Below, one piece after another: positions 26,748 to 39,322 of a stretch of DNA of 64,000 nucleotides. The notes beneath the pieces are model-generated. The model searched no databases. It was not told the DNA's origin and saw only the letters and a list, made by a program, of their open reading frames with translations. Position 1 is the first letter of the stretch, and each line of letters starts with the position of its first letter. The translations under genes were made by a program, and so were the position numbers. The stretch comes from Octopus vulgaris (Eukaryota): contig OX597820.1 in assembly GCA_951406725.2 (NCBI GenBank), forward strand, positions 6,386,001 through 6,450,000. Reading direction: 5' to 3'.

Positions 26748-27430
26748 ATTTCTTTACTACACACAAGGGGCTAAACACAGAGGGGACAAACAAGGACAAA
26801 CAAACGGATTTAGTCGATTACATCGACCCCCCCCCCCCCAGTGCGTAACTGGTACTTAATTTATCGACCCCGAAAGGATGAAAGACAAAGTCGACCTCGG
26901 CGGAATTTGAACTCAGAACGTAACGACAGACGAAATGCCTATTTCTTTACTACCCACAAGGGGCTAAACACAGAGGGGACAAGCAAGGACAGACAAACGG
27001 ATTTAGTCGATTACATCGACCCCATGCGTAACTGGTACTTAATTTATCGACTCCGAAAGGATGAAAGGCAAAGTCGACCTCGGCGGAATTTGAACTCAGA
27101 ACGTAACGGCAGACAGAAATAACTTTTTCTTTACTACCCACAAGGGGCTAAACACAGCGGGGACATACAAGGACAGACAAACGGATTTAGTCGATTACAT
27201 CGACCCCCCCCCCATGCGTAACTGGTACTTATTCAATCGACCCCGAAAGGATGAAAATCAAAGTCGACCTCGGCGGAATTTGAACTCAGAACGTAACGGC
27301 AGAGAGAAATAACTTTTTCTTTATTACCCACAAGGGGCTAAACACAGAGGGGACCAACAAGGACAGACAAACGTGTTAAGTTGATTATATGGACCCCAGT
27401 GCGTAACTGGTACTTAATTTATTGACCCCG
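26748..27430 (-). mobile_element. Tandem head-to-tail array of four 5'-truncated SINE A units
   Basis: Units start at ~26748, 26941, 27125 and 27315 (plus-strand TTTCTTTACTACCCACAAGGGGCTAAAC...). Confidence 0.9.
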
Positions 27431-27705
27431 GTCGCATTCACCTATTCTTATATATAAACAGCCAACGCACGAACACGTGACTTACGTTACAATGACGTCG
27501 TTTATGCCACAGCTGCGAGAGTTTTGACACATTTTGTCGATAAGGAAAATTTCTCTTGCAAGACATTTGCCGCGTGCAAGTTTTCACACATCTTTACAAA
27601 CTTGAGGAATATAAAGATAACTGCATGCAGTATTTTATTGAATCCTCGCTAATATGATCGATTTTCTTGTCGTGAACGACGAATTAGGGTTCGGTGAAAA
27701 AAAAA

Positions 27706-27899
27706 GGCGGCGAGCTAGCAGAATCTTTAGCACACCGGGTGAAATGCTTAGCTGTATTTCGTCTACTGTTACGTTCTGAGTTCAAATTCCGCCAGATCGA
27801 CTTTGCCTTTCATCCTTTCGGGGTCGATTAAATAAGTACCAGTTACGCACAGGGGTGATTATAATCCGTTTGTCTGTCCCCTCTGTGTTTAGCCTCTTG
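27706..27899 (+). mobile_element. SINE A
   Basis: GGCGGCGAGCTAGCAGAA head, B-box GAGTTCAAATTCC and core. Confidence 0.85.
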
Positions 27900-27955
<56 letters not shown>

Positions 27956-28047
27956 GATATATACATGTATCGGTGCATCGGCATAGCCGCAGCTCTGAGC
28001 TGAAGCTAGAGAATAAAAAAAAATATATATTTATTTTTATATTTATG

Positions 28048-28089
<42 letters not shown>

Positions 28090-28108
28090 GATATATATAT
28101 GTAGATAT

Positions 28109-28181
<73 letters not shown>

Positions 28182-28329
28182 TATATCTTTAGGGTCGGAA
28201 GCAGTAGTGATACCAAATGGTATATCCAACTTACCATGAAAGTCTTGTCAGGATACCGAGTGCTGCGTTATTAGTCCCGAGAGATCGTCTCATATAAGCA
28301 AATCCTCGTTCCTGTACCTTAGCTCTAAA

Positions 28330-29180
28330 CTTAGGGCTGAGGCCCAGAGAAGACTTTGTGAAGCACAGGAAGACTGGTTACCTCGCAAATCCGAAGGGAT
28401 CCAAATTTTTGCTGGCGAAAATAAACTTTACGAATACCACGCCTCGATCAAACACATGTTTGGTCCTTCGCACTGCCCGATTTCACCCCTCCTTACCGCT
28501 GACAGCATTACTCTAATTAAAGGAAAAGATAGGATCCTTGAACGATAGGCACGACACTTCCAAGATCTTATGAACAGAGTGAACCGAAATGATACGTCCG
28601 TTTTAGAAGAGCTTCCAACACTTTCAATCATCGAAGAAATAGATGATAGACCCAGTCACGGCGAAGTCTCAAAGACCCCGAACTCTTTAAAGAATAAGAT
28701 GTCCCTTGAGGAAGACAGTGTCCTTGGAAAGGTTTACAATTACGGCGGCCCACAACTTGAGTCATATCTTCACTCATTCCTAGTTCTCTGCTGGAAAAAC
28801 CAAAATATTCCTGATCGATGGAAAATAGCCAACATCATTTGCGTTTACAAAAGAAATGGCGACCGATCCAACTGTGATAACAGCAAAGCCTCTCTCTTCC
28901 GGATGTGGCTGGCAAAATCCTTGCACACATTATTCTTCGCCGTGTTCTCATTTTCGTACCAGACCACATCTTCCCTGAATCTCAATGTGTTTTCAGACCC
29001 GAACGAAGCACAATTGATATGGTACTTGTTGTATGCTTACTTCGCGGAAAATGCAGAGAATAACAAAAAGAAAATTACTTTTAATTTCGTCGATTTGAAG
29101 AAGGCTTTTGATAAGGTTAATCCTAAAGTTTTCTGAAACTTTTAACAAAATTCGGATGTTAGACGCCACTTGATGCAACC
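28330..29180 (+). mobile_element. RTE-BovB-like LINE ORF remnant (linker plus RT N-terminal domains)
   Basis: IKHMFGP..LIKGKDRILER*ARHFQDLMNR..CWKNQNIPDRWKIANIICVYKRNGDRSNCDN/SLPDVAGKILAHIILRR..PESQCVFRPERSTIDMV../FVDLKKAFDKVN. Confidence 0.85.
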
Positions 29181-29255
29181 CTCAATCATTAGTCTGCTGA
29201 CTGGCGACTGAAGTCGTAGTGTCACGTGGTGCGTCTTTGTTCGTCGATTTTTGCG

Positions 29256-29435
29256 ATGGCTGAAACGAAGGAACAACCTGCTTCCGTGAAATTCTGTTTT
29301 CTACTGGAGAAAACGGCAACCGAAACAGATGTGATACTTTAAACAGCTTACAAGGACATTGCCGTGAGCCAAGCACAAGTTTATGAGTGGTTCCCACGCT
29401 GTAGGATTGGTCACTTCTCGTTTGAATACCAACTA
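29256..29435 (+). mobile_element. Mariner transposase N-terminal HTH remnant
   Basis: MAETKEQPASVKFCFLLEKTATETDVIL*TAYKDIAVSQAQVYEWFPRCRIG resembles the mariner 'EQR..IKFCF.LGKTA.ET..ML..AY......V.EWF.RF' motif. Confidence 0.75.
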
Positions 29436-30241
29436 AAAATTCACCGAGGCGTTGCCCCAGCATGGCTATAGTCTAATGACAGTAAGACATAGAAGGTAAA
29501 AGATTTATAATGCCTATAATGAGCTTACATATGGGCAAAGAGCTATATAAGCCTTATGAAACAACAAAATGTTACCTTACACTTAAGGAAGATGCCTGAA
29601 AAGGAAATCCTGTTATTTCAAATGATGTTATGTTACAGTTGTGTTGGCTATAAACTTCCTAAAGTGGTGATAACTCGTACATGACTTAGGCTTACAGGGG
29701 GAAATAATTTACTGCTAGCTTCTTTACATGCTTTTCTGTGGCAATTACATAATCCTTTTGCGCAAGGAAATTCATTAGAAATGATATATGTTTGTTTGTG
29801 ATATAGATTTCTGTCAGAAATATTATATAACGTTGTTGTAAGTTGTTACATAATATCACGGACAATTTAGAAATCACACATTTCACTCTATTTTTTTTAT
29901 TGAATTCACTCCCTTTGTAGTATGTAATTCATGCAACGGTGTCTCTATGTAGATGTATATGCATACACACACACACATATATGCACAAGTGTATATGGGA
30001 GAGAGAGAGAGAGAGAGAGAGAGAAAGGTAGAGAGATTTGGTGGTGAAATACACTAGGATGGATATTGAAGTCTTTTGCTTTTGCATGTTTTTGTTTTTG
30101 TTTTTGTTTTTGTTTGTGGAAACACTTAAAAAGATTATGCAAAATAAACATATACACAAAGATAGATATCACACAAACACACACGCAGAAACACGGACAC
30201 ACACACCTATATACTGCATACACACACACACACGCACACAA

Positions 30242-30301
<60 letters not shown>

Positions 30302-31407
30302 TGTGTATAGTACATGGTAATGAATTCTATATATTGTAGCATGCAGGAAATGGAATTACAGAATTAATATATCAGAAACCTATTGAGCAGTGCTTACACC
30401 ATGACACCACACCAGTTCGGATAAGATTCAACGCATTACACACACAAACACACACGTACACACACACACACATACACACACACAAGCGTTTCTGTATAAA
30501 TGTATGTTTATATATTGTGTGAGAGAGGAGGAAAATTTTTTTGTGGGTGTAGGCGTTTTTTTTTTTTTTTTTCAGTTTTTGTTTCTGATGTTGTTGTTGT
30601 TGTTGTTGTTATTGTTATTGACGAATGGATGAATTTTTGGATTGATGGATTCAGGGAATATAGGTTTTCATCGAAGTCATGTGTAGAAGATAGCAATCAC
30701 GGAAGGAAGAAACAAATAGCAATTTACTGTGAATTACCGATGGAATTTTCCATACGCGTCTAAAATGGCGGTCACTGACGTTAATATTAACGTAAGTGAT
30801 GCGTTAAGTGTATATTAAATAATATATATAGGAAACCATAAAGACTGCAGGCTGCTGCTGTATATGGATAGAACAACGTGGACTAGCTAGGTTCTTCAAC
30901 AAGATTCCTTTGTGTAAGGAATTTAACGGAACTCTATGGGGCTTTGCGGATAGAATTCTTGGATATAGGAAGATATTCTACATAATCTATGACAATTTAT
31001 TACTGCTTCGGCCATTTTCATCGTCCATCATTTTTACTCAGTCTGTTTGATGTAACTTTTCTCTTCACCTCTTGATATTTACACACACACACGCACGCAC
31101 GTACATACACACAGCAGCCACCTATGTACGGTGTTGATTGACGTTCAGTGTTTTTTGCTTCTTGTGAGAAAAAACTGATGACTCAGACCAAGAAGCCACG
31201 CAGTGAAGAATCCTCAACTGACTCTCGTCGAACAGAAATTCTGAATCATAAATTATGTATTCTGCCCTTCCTGTATATCTATATATAGTGACGTGCATGT
31301 AGATCCCTCTGTCTATTTGTCTGACTGACTGACTCACTCTCTCTCTCTGTATTTACGCATATAAATGTATGCATATATGTAAATACATATACACACAAAT
31401 ACACACA

Positions 31408-31745
<338 letters not shown>

Positions 31746-31770
31746 ATGTATATATATATATATATATACA

Positions 31771-32147
31771 GTGGAGGCGCAATGACCCAGTAGTTAGGGC
31801 AGCGGACTCGCGGTCGTAGTATCGCGGTTTCGATTCCCAGATCGGGCGTTGTGAGTGTTTATTGAGCGAAAGCACCTAAATCTCCACGATATTCCGGTGA
31901 GGGTGGCGAACCCAGCTGTACTCTTTCACTATAACTTTCTCTTACTCATCCTTCGTGTTTCTGTTATACCTATATTTCAAAGGGGCCAGCCTTGTCACAA
32001 TCTGTGTCACACTGAATCGGCCCGAGAACTACGTTAAAGGCCACACATGTCTGTGGAGTACTCAGCCACTTAGACATTAATTTCACGAGAGGCTGTTCCG
32101 TTGATCAGATCAATTTGAACCGTCGTCGTCGTAACCGACGGAGTGCC

Positions 32148-32150
<3 letters not shown>
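31771..32150 (+). mobile_element. SINE family D, full length
   Basis: tRNA-like head GGAGGCGCAATGACCCAGTAGTTAGGGCAGCGGACTCGCGGTC..GGTTTCGATTCCC. Tail shared with 2465-2600. Confidence 0.8.
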
Positions 32151-32200
<50 letters not shown>

Positions 32201-32204
<4 letters not shown>

Positions 32205-32387
32205 AGAATTTACGAAAAAAACAAAAGACGACGACAGGTGGTGTACAAAACAAACAGATGTATTAGTATAACGCTCAGGAATAGAAAAAGTATTTTACGT
32301 TTCGAGCCTACGCTCTTCTACAGAAAGGGACAGAAAAAACAAGGAGAGAAAAAATAGGAGAGAAAAATATGAATAGTGGCTAACGAT

Positions 32388-32390
<3 letters not shown>
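32201..32390 (-). mobile_element. Hammerhead-like mini-element H1
   Basis: Minus strand cttt CTGTAGA A GAGC gtag GCTC GAAAC GTA aaat. Confidence 0.7.
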
Positions 32391-32445
<55 letters not shown>

Positions 32446-32689
32446 TAAGCTCTTGTTCTTTTACTTTAGCGTTCATTTTGATCGGTCCCCCTGCTTGATA
32501 GCAAGATCGTGAATCAATGCAAGTTGTTTTGTTCATTGCCCTTTATATTTTAAGAAAAATCTTGCAGATTTTTATTGCGATCATTTGTAGTATTCAGTCC
32601 CGAAGAACCCAGGTTCAACCATACATTACTCTTGATGGGTTGACAGCCATATGGGTACGTTTAAAATATGTATGTATGTATCCGTGTAC

Positions 32690-32905
32690 ATTCAAAATGT
32701 GACCACGTATGTACCGTTGGCGATTTTTTCCTCCGTCTTCCCTTTCTTGGATCTTTCCTTTTCCTATGTTTCTGACGAAGACCTCCGCTCGAAACGCTAA
32801 ATCCTTCTCCTTGCTTTCCTTTCCTGAGCGTCAAATAATACAATACTTGTTCCACGTCCTCGCGTTGTTGTGCTTTCTCTTTGTGTTTTCATGTTTGGAT
32901 TAACT
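32690..32905 (+). mobile_element. Hammerhead-like mini-element H2
   Basis: gttt CTGACGA A GACC tcc GCTC GAAAC GCT aaat (degenerate). Confidence 0.65.
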
Positions 32906-33685
32906 TTATATATATATACATACATACACACATTCATGCGTACATATAGACATGAATGCATACACACAGACAAACACACACACACACACACACACACATA
33001 TAAACACATGCAAATATATATCGTATGAGTTTTTCTACACTTTCCTCTATTAGTTGAAATGCAGGCAAGTTCGAATTCACATTCAAGGTACCATCTAATA
33101 GGAAACTGAACGTGGGTCGTCGATGTTTGCAAGTCCACATCTTCAAGATACGGCCATGCTTATGCCTACACACACACACCCACACCCACACAGCGATTGG
33201 CAATATACATGTTAGGATGCTTTATAATAAATATTTACTTCGAGTGATGAGTAGTTGAACTAATTATTCAGTGATATATATTCAGAGAAATGAATAAATC
33301 GCCGTATGTTTCCTGCGTAGACCATCTATACATGTAATTACGAGGTTATATATGGGAATGTGTAACGTGAATGTGCTGTGAGAGGTCAAGTATGTATATA
33401 TTATTCATAGATTTGTTGTACGGAAAAGATATCTCATGAAATTGATAAAATTATATCAAAGAGAGATAAAAGAAAATGGCGGAGTGTTAAATATGAAAGA
33501 TATATGAAATATTAAAACACACAGCTTTCACCTGTCTTACGCTCTCTCTTTCTCGATGCGCACACATGCGTGCGCATATGTTTGTATACATACATTGGTA
33601 TATAAATGTGTGTGTGTGTGTGTGCGTACACGCCTCTGTGTATGGGTGCGTGTGCACCTGTATACGCATATCTATCTATCTATCA

Positions 33686-33750
<65 letters not shown>

Positions 33751-33808
33751 CCTTCCTTCCTACCTACCTACCTACCTACCTACCTACCCACCTTCCTTCC
33801 TTTCCCTC

Positions 33809-33918
<110 letters not shown>

Positions 33919-34365
33919 GTATGAGGCTTCTTATGTCTGATTGCTTCTAGGGGAAATATACCGAGTTTTCTGACAAATTCTTTTTCGAAGAGTGAGAATA
34001 ATTCTTCTTAATCTTTGGTCCATCCGAGCGTTAACTGCGTGGAGAATGACAGGAAATGGGAGGCACATTGGTGTTGCGCATGCGTGAAAGGTAAGCGGAG
34101 AAGAGATCAAGGAAGCGTAAGTGTGGGTGAGGAGTTTGGAGGTAGGGAGCGAACAGATCGATATCGAAGATGAGTCCGAACGGAAGAGAAAGGGAGGGAG
34201 TCAGGGGAAGCCAGAGACCGATTATTTTGCTGGCGAGGGACAGGAAATTTGTCTCTGGCATTATTCGCAGAAACATCTGTACACACACACACATTTATAC
34301 AGGTATATGTGGATGTATATATATAGCGTATATATACGTGTGTGTGTGTGTGTATCTTTTAAACA

Positions 34366-34546
34366 TTTCAGTCATTAGACTGCGACCAGGTCGGGGCACA
34401 GCCTTGAGCAATTTTAATCAAACTAATCGCCCACAGTACTTATTCTATCGATGTCTTCTGCTGAACCGCTAAGTTACGAAGACGTAAACAAACCAACACC
34501 AGTTGTCAAGTGGTGGTGGTGGAGGACGAGCACAAACACAAAGAAG

Positions 34547-34609
<63 letters not shown>

Positions 34610-34672
34610 CGGGCTTCGGGTTTCGTTCAGTTTCCGTCTACCAAATCCTCTCACAAGGCTTTGGTCGGCCGG
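34366..34672 (-). mobile_element. SINE B, 5'-truncated and diverged
   Basis: Family B tail and internal segments. Confidence 0.75.
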
Positions 34673-34699
34673 CGGGTGTGTATGTTTAATGTGAGATCA

Positions 34700-35413
34700 C
34701 TCTTAGTGTAACTGGTAACATGTAACCCTGCACAGCCTTTCGCATGTTCGGGCCCTACCAAGGTTATTTAATACCGTGTGCGGTGGGTATTGGACAAAAA
34801 TCAAAACCTTTCGGATGTACTCTTTTGTGTCAACGGCCATCGAATGGCTGTAAACCATCCGGAAGTGAGGGTCCCAGCATCCTTCTAACAGAGGGTAACT
34901 ATGATGTAAAGCCTGCAATTACGGGTCATCATGCTTCGACCTGTCACAGAGGATTGATCACAGAGACACAAAGACAGGCACCTGCGTTGAACAAGCACTC
35001 ATCATATAATCTGATTTTTCATGCCTCTATATGGCGACCTAATTTGGCATTCGAACTACTAAAAGTACTACGTCAACGGAAGAGTGGTCACGTGTACACA
35101 CCCAACCAGTGAGACGGTTTAACTACAAATTAAAAACGTTTGTAAGATGAGTTCGAACGAAGGAGAATGGCCAGGAGTCAGGGCAACATGGAGACTGATT
35201 ATTTTACTGTCGATGGACAGGGGATTTTCCCCCAAAGTGATTTCATGAACCGAATGGAAGTTACAACTTGTGTTTGATATCTGTGCTTCATATGCAGATC
35301 TGCTGTAGGACTGACCAGTCACTGGAGCGGTCATGGACGGAAAGTTAAAATGCCATTGCAATAGGAGGAAGACGAAGGAGACGACAGTCATGTGGGAAGA
35401 CGGAGCAACCACT
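34700..35413 (+). mobile_element. Decayed RTE LINE C-terminus and tail
   Basis: TKIKTFR.., FELLKVLRQR..PVRRFNYKLK, terminal ICRSAVGLTSHWSGH zinc-finger-like motif, tail GTCATGTGGGAAGACGGAGCAACCAC. Confidence 0.5.
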
Positions 35414-35569
35414 GTACATACATGTATGTGTCTGTGTGTTTGTGTGGGTGCATATGTGTGAACAGAGACAGGGATTCTAAAAATCAAACAGATGTCACAT
35501 TAAGCTCTCCAGCAATTGCATGTCTAACAAGAATGATCGTGTTGGAGGCTAGGTGAAACCTTCAAGTGG

Positions 35570-35755
35570 ATGTGACCTCGTGTGTACCGTTGGCGATTTT
35601 TTTTCTTCTGTCTTCCCTTCTCCTATGTTTCCGACGAAGAGCTCCGCTCGAAAGGTTAAACCCTCCTTCTTTCCTGAGCGTCCAATAATACTGTATTTCT
35701 TCCACGTCCTCGCGTTGTTGTGGTTTTTTTTTGTGCTTTCTTGTTTAGATTAACT
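35570..35755 (+). mobile_element. Hammerhead-like mini-element H2
   Basis: gttt CCGACGA A GAGC tcc GCTC GAAAG GTT aaac. Confidence 0.65.
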
Positions 35756-35764
35756 ATATATATA

Positions 35765-35910
35765 TCTTGTTTTTTTTCTGTGTCCCTTTCTGGAGAAGAG
35801 CGTAGCCTCGAAACGTAAAAGGCTTTTTCTATTCTTGAGCGTTATACTAATACATCTGTTTGTTTTGTACACCACCTGTCTTCGTCTTTTGTTTTTTTCG
35901 TAAACTCTGG
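35765..35910 (+). mobile_element. Hammerhead-like mini-element H1 (5'-truncated)
   Basis: ccttt CTGGAGA A GAGC gtag CCTC GAAAC GTA aaagg. Confidence 0.65.
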
Positions 35911-36621
35911 GAGATGCTAGATACATATACATACACACATATATATATTTATAACCTAGAAATTAGCAATGTCACGGCTGCTATGCAGACCTCTGCAGCA
36001 AAGTGACATCCCAACATTGACCGAATAAATGCAAGAATACACTAAACATAAACAGTCTAATATACAAGCCAGAAAACATACATAGCTATCATTGCCTTTT
36101 ACCTCTGTATCCATTACTCGAGTCAACCATCTATCATGGTGCTTATCACTGTGTCGACCGACATCAGAATCATCTTCCATCACTTGATATCTTTCTCTCT
36201 ATCGACTACCTCTCTCTCTTTTTCTCTCCTTATATGTATCTATACTTATCACTCAGACGATTCCTTATAGTCTCACTCATTCACACTCTCTCTCTCCTAC
36301 TCATAAATATATTATTCTCCCTTTCTTTCTCTTTTACTCTTTTTTTTGTACCCTCAGCGTACTTCAGTACAATATCAACAGTTCAAAATCATCATGCGCA
36401 CTACCCCTCACCCCGACACCCTGTGCAGACTGATTACACATTGTAGGAGAGAGACATTACAATTTGGCGAGATGTCAGGAATAAATTGAAGCCAATCACC
36501 TGTGTAAACGTGTAAACTTTACAATTATACACATAGAATATACACACAAATAAATACATACATACAAACATACATACATAGCGGCATACACTCATAAATA
36601 CATACATGTATGTATGCAGGC

Positions 36622-36691
<70 letters not shown>

Positions 36692-36966
36692 GTATGTATA
36701 TACATATATACACATATATATACACATATGCGTCATTGTGTCTTTTGGTGCAAATATGTAATATGATCGATCACGTAAATACGCACACGAACATATACAC
36801 TTATTACAGGGAGGAGAGAGAGAGAGAGAGAGAGAAATAATAGATACAAATATATGTATATATGGGTATATCTATATATTAATATATGTATGTATATACG
36901 TAAATATATATTTACATATATATATAGGTATACATATATATATTAATATATATGTAAATACATATT

Positions 36967-37006
<40 letters not shown>

Positions 37007-37012
37007 TATATT

Positions 37013-37049
<37 letters not shown>

Positions 37050-37475
37050 GTGTGTATATATATATATGTGTGTGTGTGTATATATATATATGTATATATA
37101 TATATGTATATATATGTATACATACATATATACATATATATGTTTGTACGTATGTATATGTATATATATGTATATATATATATATATATAGACATGTACA
37201 TACATATATATATACATATATGTACTTAAGTGTGTATATATATATATATATATATACACGTACACACATACGTACTATACCCAAAATGCAATTACGATGA
37301 CATCTAATCTCCATGCTCATGCATTAAAATGTCTTATTCGATATAAAAGTCGTGTTATATACTTATCAGAGTGTGATATAGAGACATAATTATTTATCAA
37401 ATATATGTTCGTATTTATTTAGGTATTCATTTATGAGTGTACTTATAGTTTATATATATATATATATATATATGC

Positions 37476-37649
37476 TTTGTTTTGGATAGTAGAGGAGCCT
37501 ACATTGCGGCAGGCGGTACAAAGTAGAGAAGCTCGGTCAAACTTCCTCTATCACTAGAAACAATACAGATAAGAATCAATTACATGGACAGACGGTGCCC
37601 CAGCTTGGGCTCAGTGTGCCTGCCTGAGATCATTGAGAGTAAAAAGACA

Positions 37650-37652
<3 letters not shown>
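37476..37652 (+). mobile_element. Older CR1-group 3' end
   Basis: IVEEPTLRQAVQSREARSNFLYH resembles VPDEPTSRQEVQMRAAASNSLMHQ of the 17.8-kb copy. Tail ACGGTGCCCCAGC. Confidence 0.6.
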
Positions 37653-37699
<47 letters not shown>

Positions 37700-38900
37700 C
37701 TTCTATCACTCTCTTCTATCTTTTCTCTTTTCAAAGAAAATATATCTCCCACCGTTCACAATTTTCCTCTCGTTCTGGTCTGACGACGTTCCTGGTTTGT
37801 TTTTGTTCGGTTTCCTTGTATGTCTCTATTGTCCTGCTTTTGTTCCCAACTTTGACCCTCCATAAATCCAAAATATAGTTTTGAATTTTATGTGAACAAC
37901 TGTCTTCGAAGACTCCTACCGAACGCTCAAGATGAGGAGTAGCTAGACATCCGACAACTGATGAAGGGTCATTCTTTGTATTATCTGTCCCGTGTTCCAT
38001 TTTCTCTCTGGTTGTTTGCGTATTGAACTCATTTATTTCGTACTTCATGTTGTTTACACAGTTTTGGACGTCTTATAACCATATATGCATATATAAATAT
38101 ATTATTATTATTATTATTATTTAATTGAACGTCATGCATCCATTTCCAAGTCAGTTTATACACACACACACACACCACAAGCACATATAGATAGACAGGT
38201 TGATAGATATGCATTATTTACACATGTGACAACACACATCCACAGATATAGAGACACGCATGCATATATATTCATATGTGACGCCGAAGACATAACTGGT
38301 ACTATGAAAGCCGAGGAAGAAAAGAACAGACGTATGAGAATTAAAGATTTATTCATTATCAAACAATCTGCTCCACTTCACATCAAAAACTAACGGGAGT
38401 TGTTCATTGATTCAAATATTCAAATTGACTTTCTCCGAACTCCTCACCACATGACATATATTCCGATGTACAAATAAATAAAAAAAATTAAAGGAAACCT
38501 CATAGAACACGAAATATATTTTCTTTGTCTTTCTATCTTACACACATCCACTAATTTTGCCATCATAGAGGCAAGGTTATTTGACAAATTATGATTGTCT
38601 GTCTCGTTCTGTTTGCAGAAAAAGATCTTTGGCCATCAAAATAAATGAATTATTCACTGCTAGAAATAAAAGAACAATATTTGGTGTCATGTATATGTTT
38701 AATCTCTCTGCTAAATTGCTTTGCCAGCTTTACTAAACAGCATTTGTTTGATATGTCACACACACATACACACACACACACACACACACATAAACACTCG
38801 CACACACACACATATATGCGCAAAAGTATTAAGATATATATATATATATATATATATGTCTGTATGTGTATGTCTCTGTGAGTAGATATATATGTGAGTG

Positions 38901-38947
<47 letters not shown>

Positions 38948-38952
<5 letters not shown>

Positions 38953-39245
38953 GGGTGCTGATTTATAGGGTTATCCTGGGTTTCTCGCTCGTAAGAGGTT
39001 TCGCCTTATAGCGTGACTGCCGACCCCAAACACTGCTGGCCTAAAATCTCTTCAAAATATCTAAGGGAACGGCATATCTTCAGATCCCAAACACTGCTGG
39101 ACTAAGACCTCTTCAAAATATATCACTTCAAGATATTTTGAAGAGGCCTTAGGCCAGCAGTGTTCGGGTTCTGAAGAAACGCCGTAAGTCTAGAGCCCTT
39201 ATTAGCGAGAAACCCAGAGTAACACCATTAACCGGCTCCCATTAT
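38948..39245. mobile_element. MITE-like fold-back element
   Basis: Imperfect ~40-bp TIRs ATAATGGG..GGGTTTCTCGCT / AGCGAGAAACCC..CCCATTAT. An internal unit CCCAAACACTGCTGG.CTAA.A.CTCTTCAAAATAT occurs twice direct and once inverted. Confidence 0.6.
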
Positions 39246-39322
39246 GATATTAATTTCTCTACATCTCAGAGTGTGCTTCTCTCCTGGATTTATGTATTTC
39301 AACAAACGATATATATATATAT

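Noticed and set aside
37945-37975. CTGATGAAGGG hammerhead-like half core
   Set aside because: No downstream GAAAC-GTH; at most a truncated PLE fragment.
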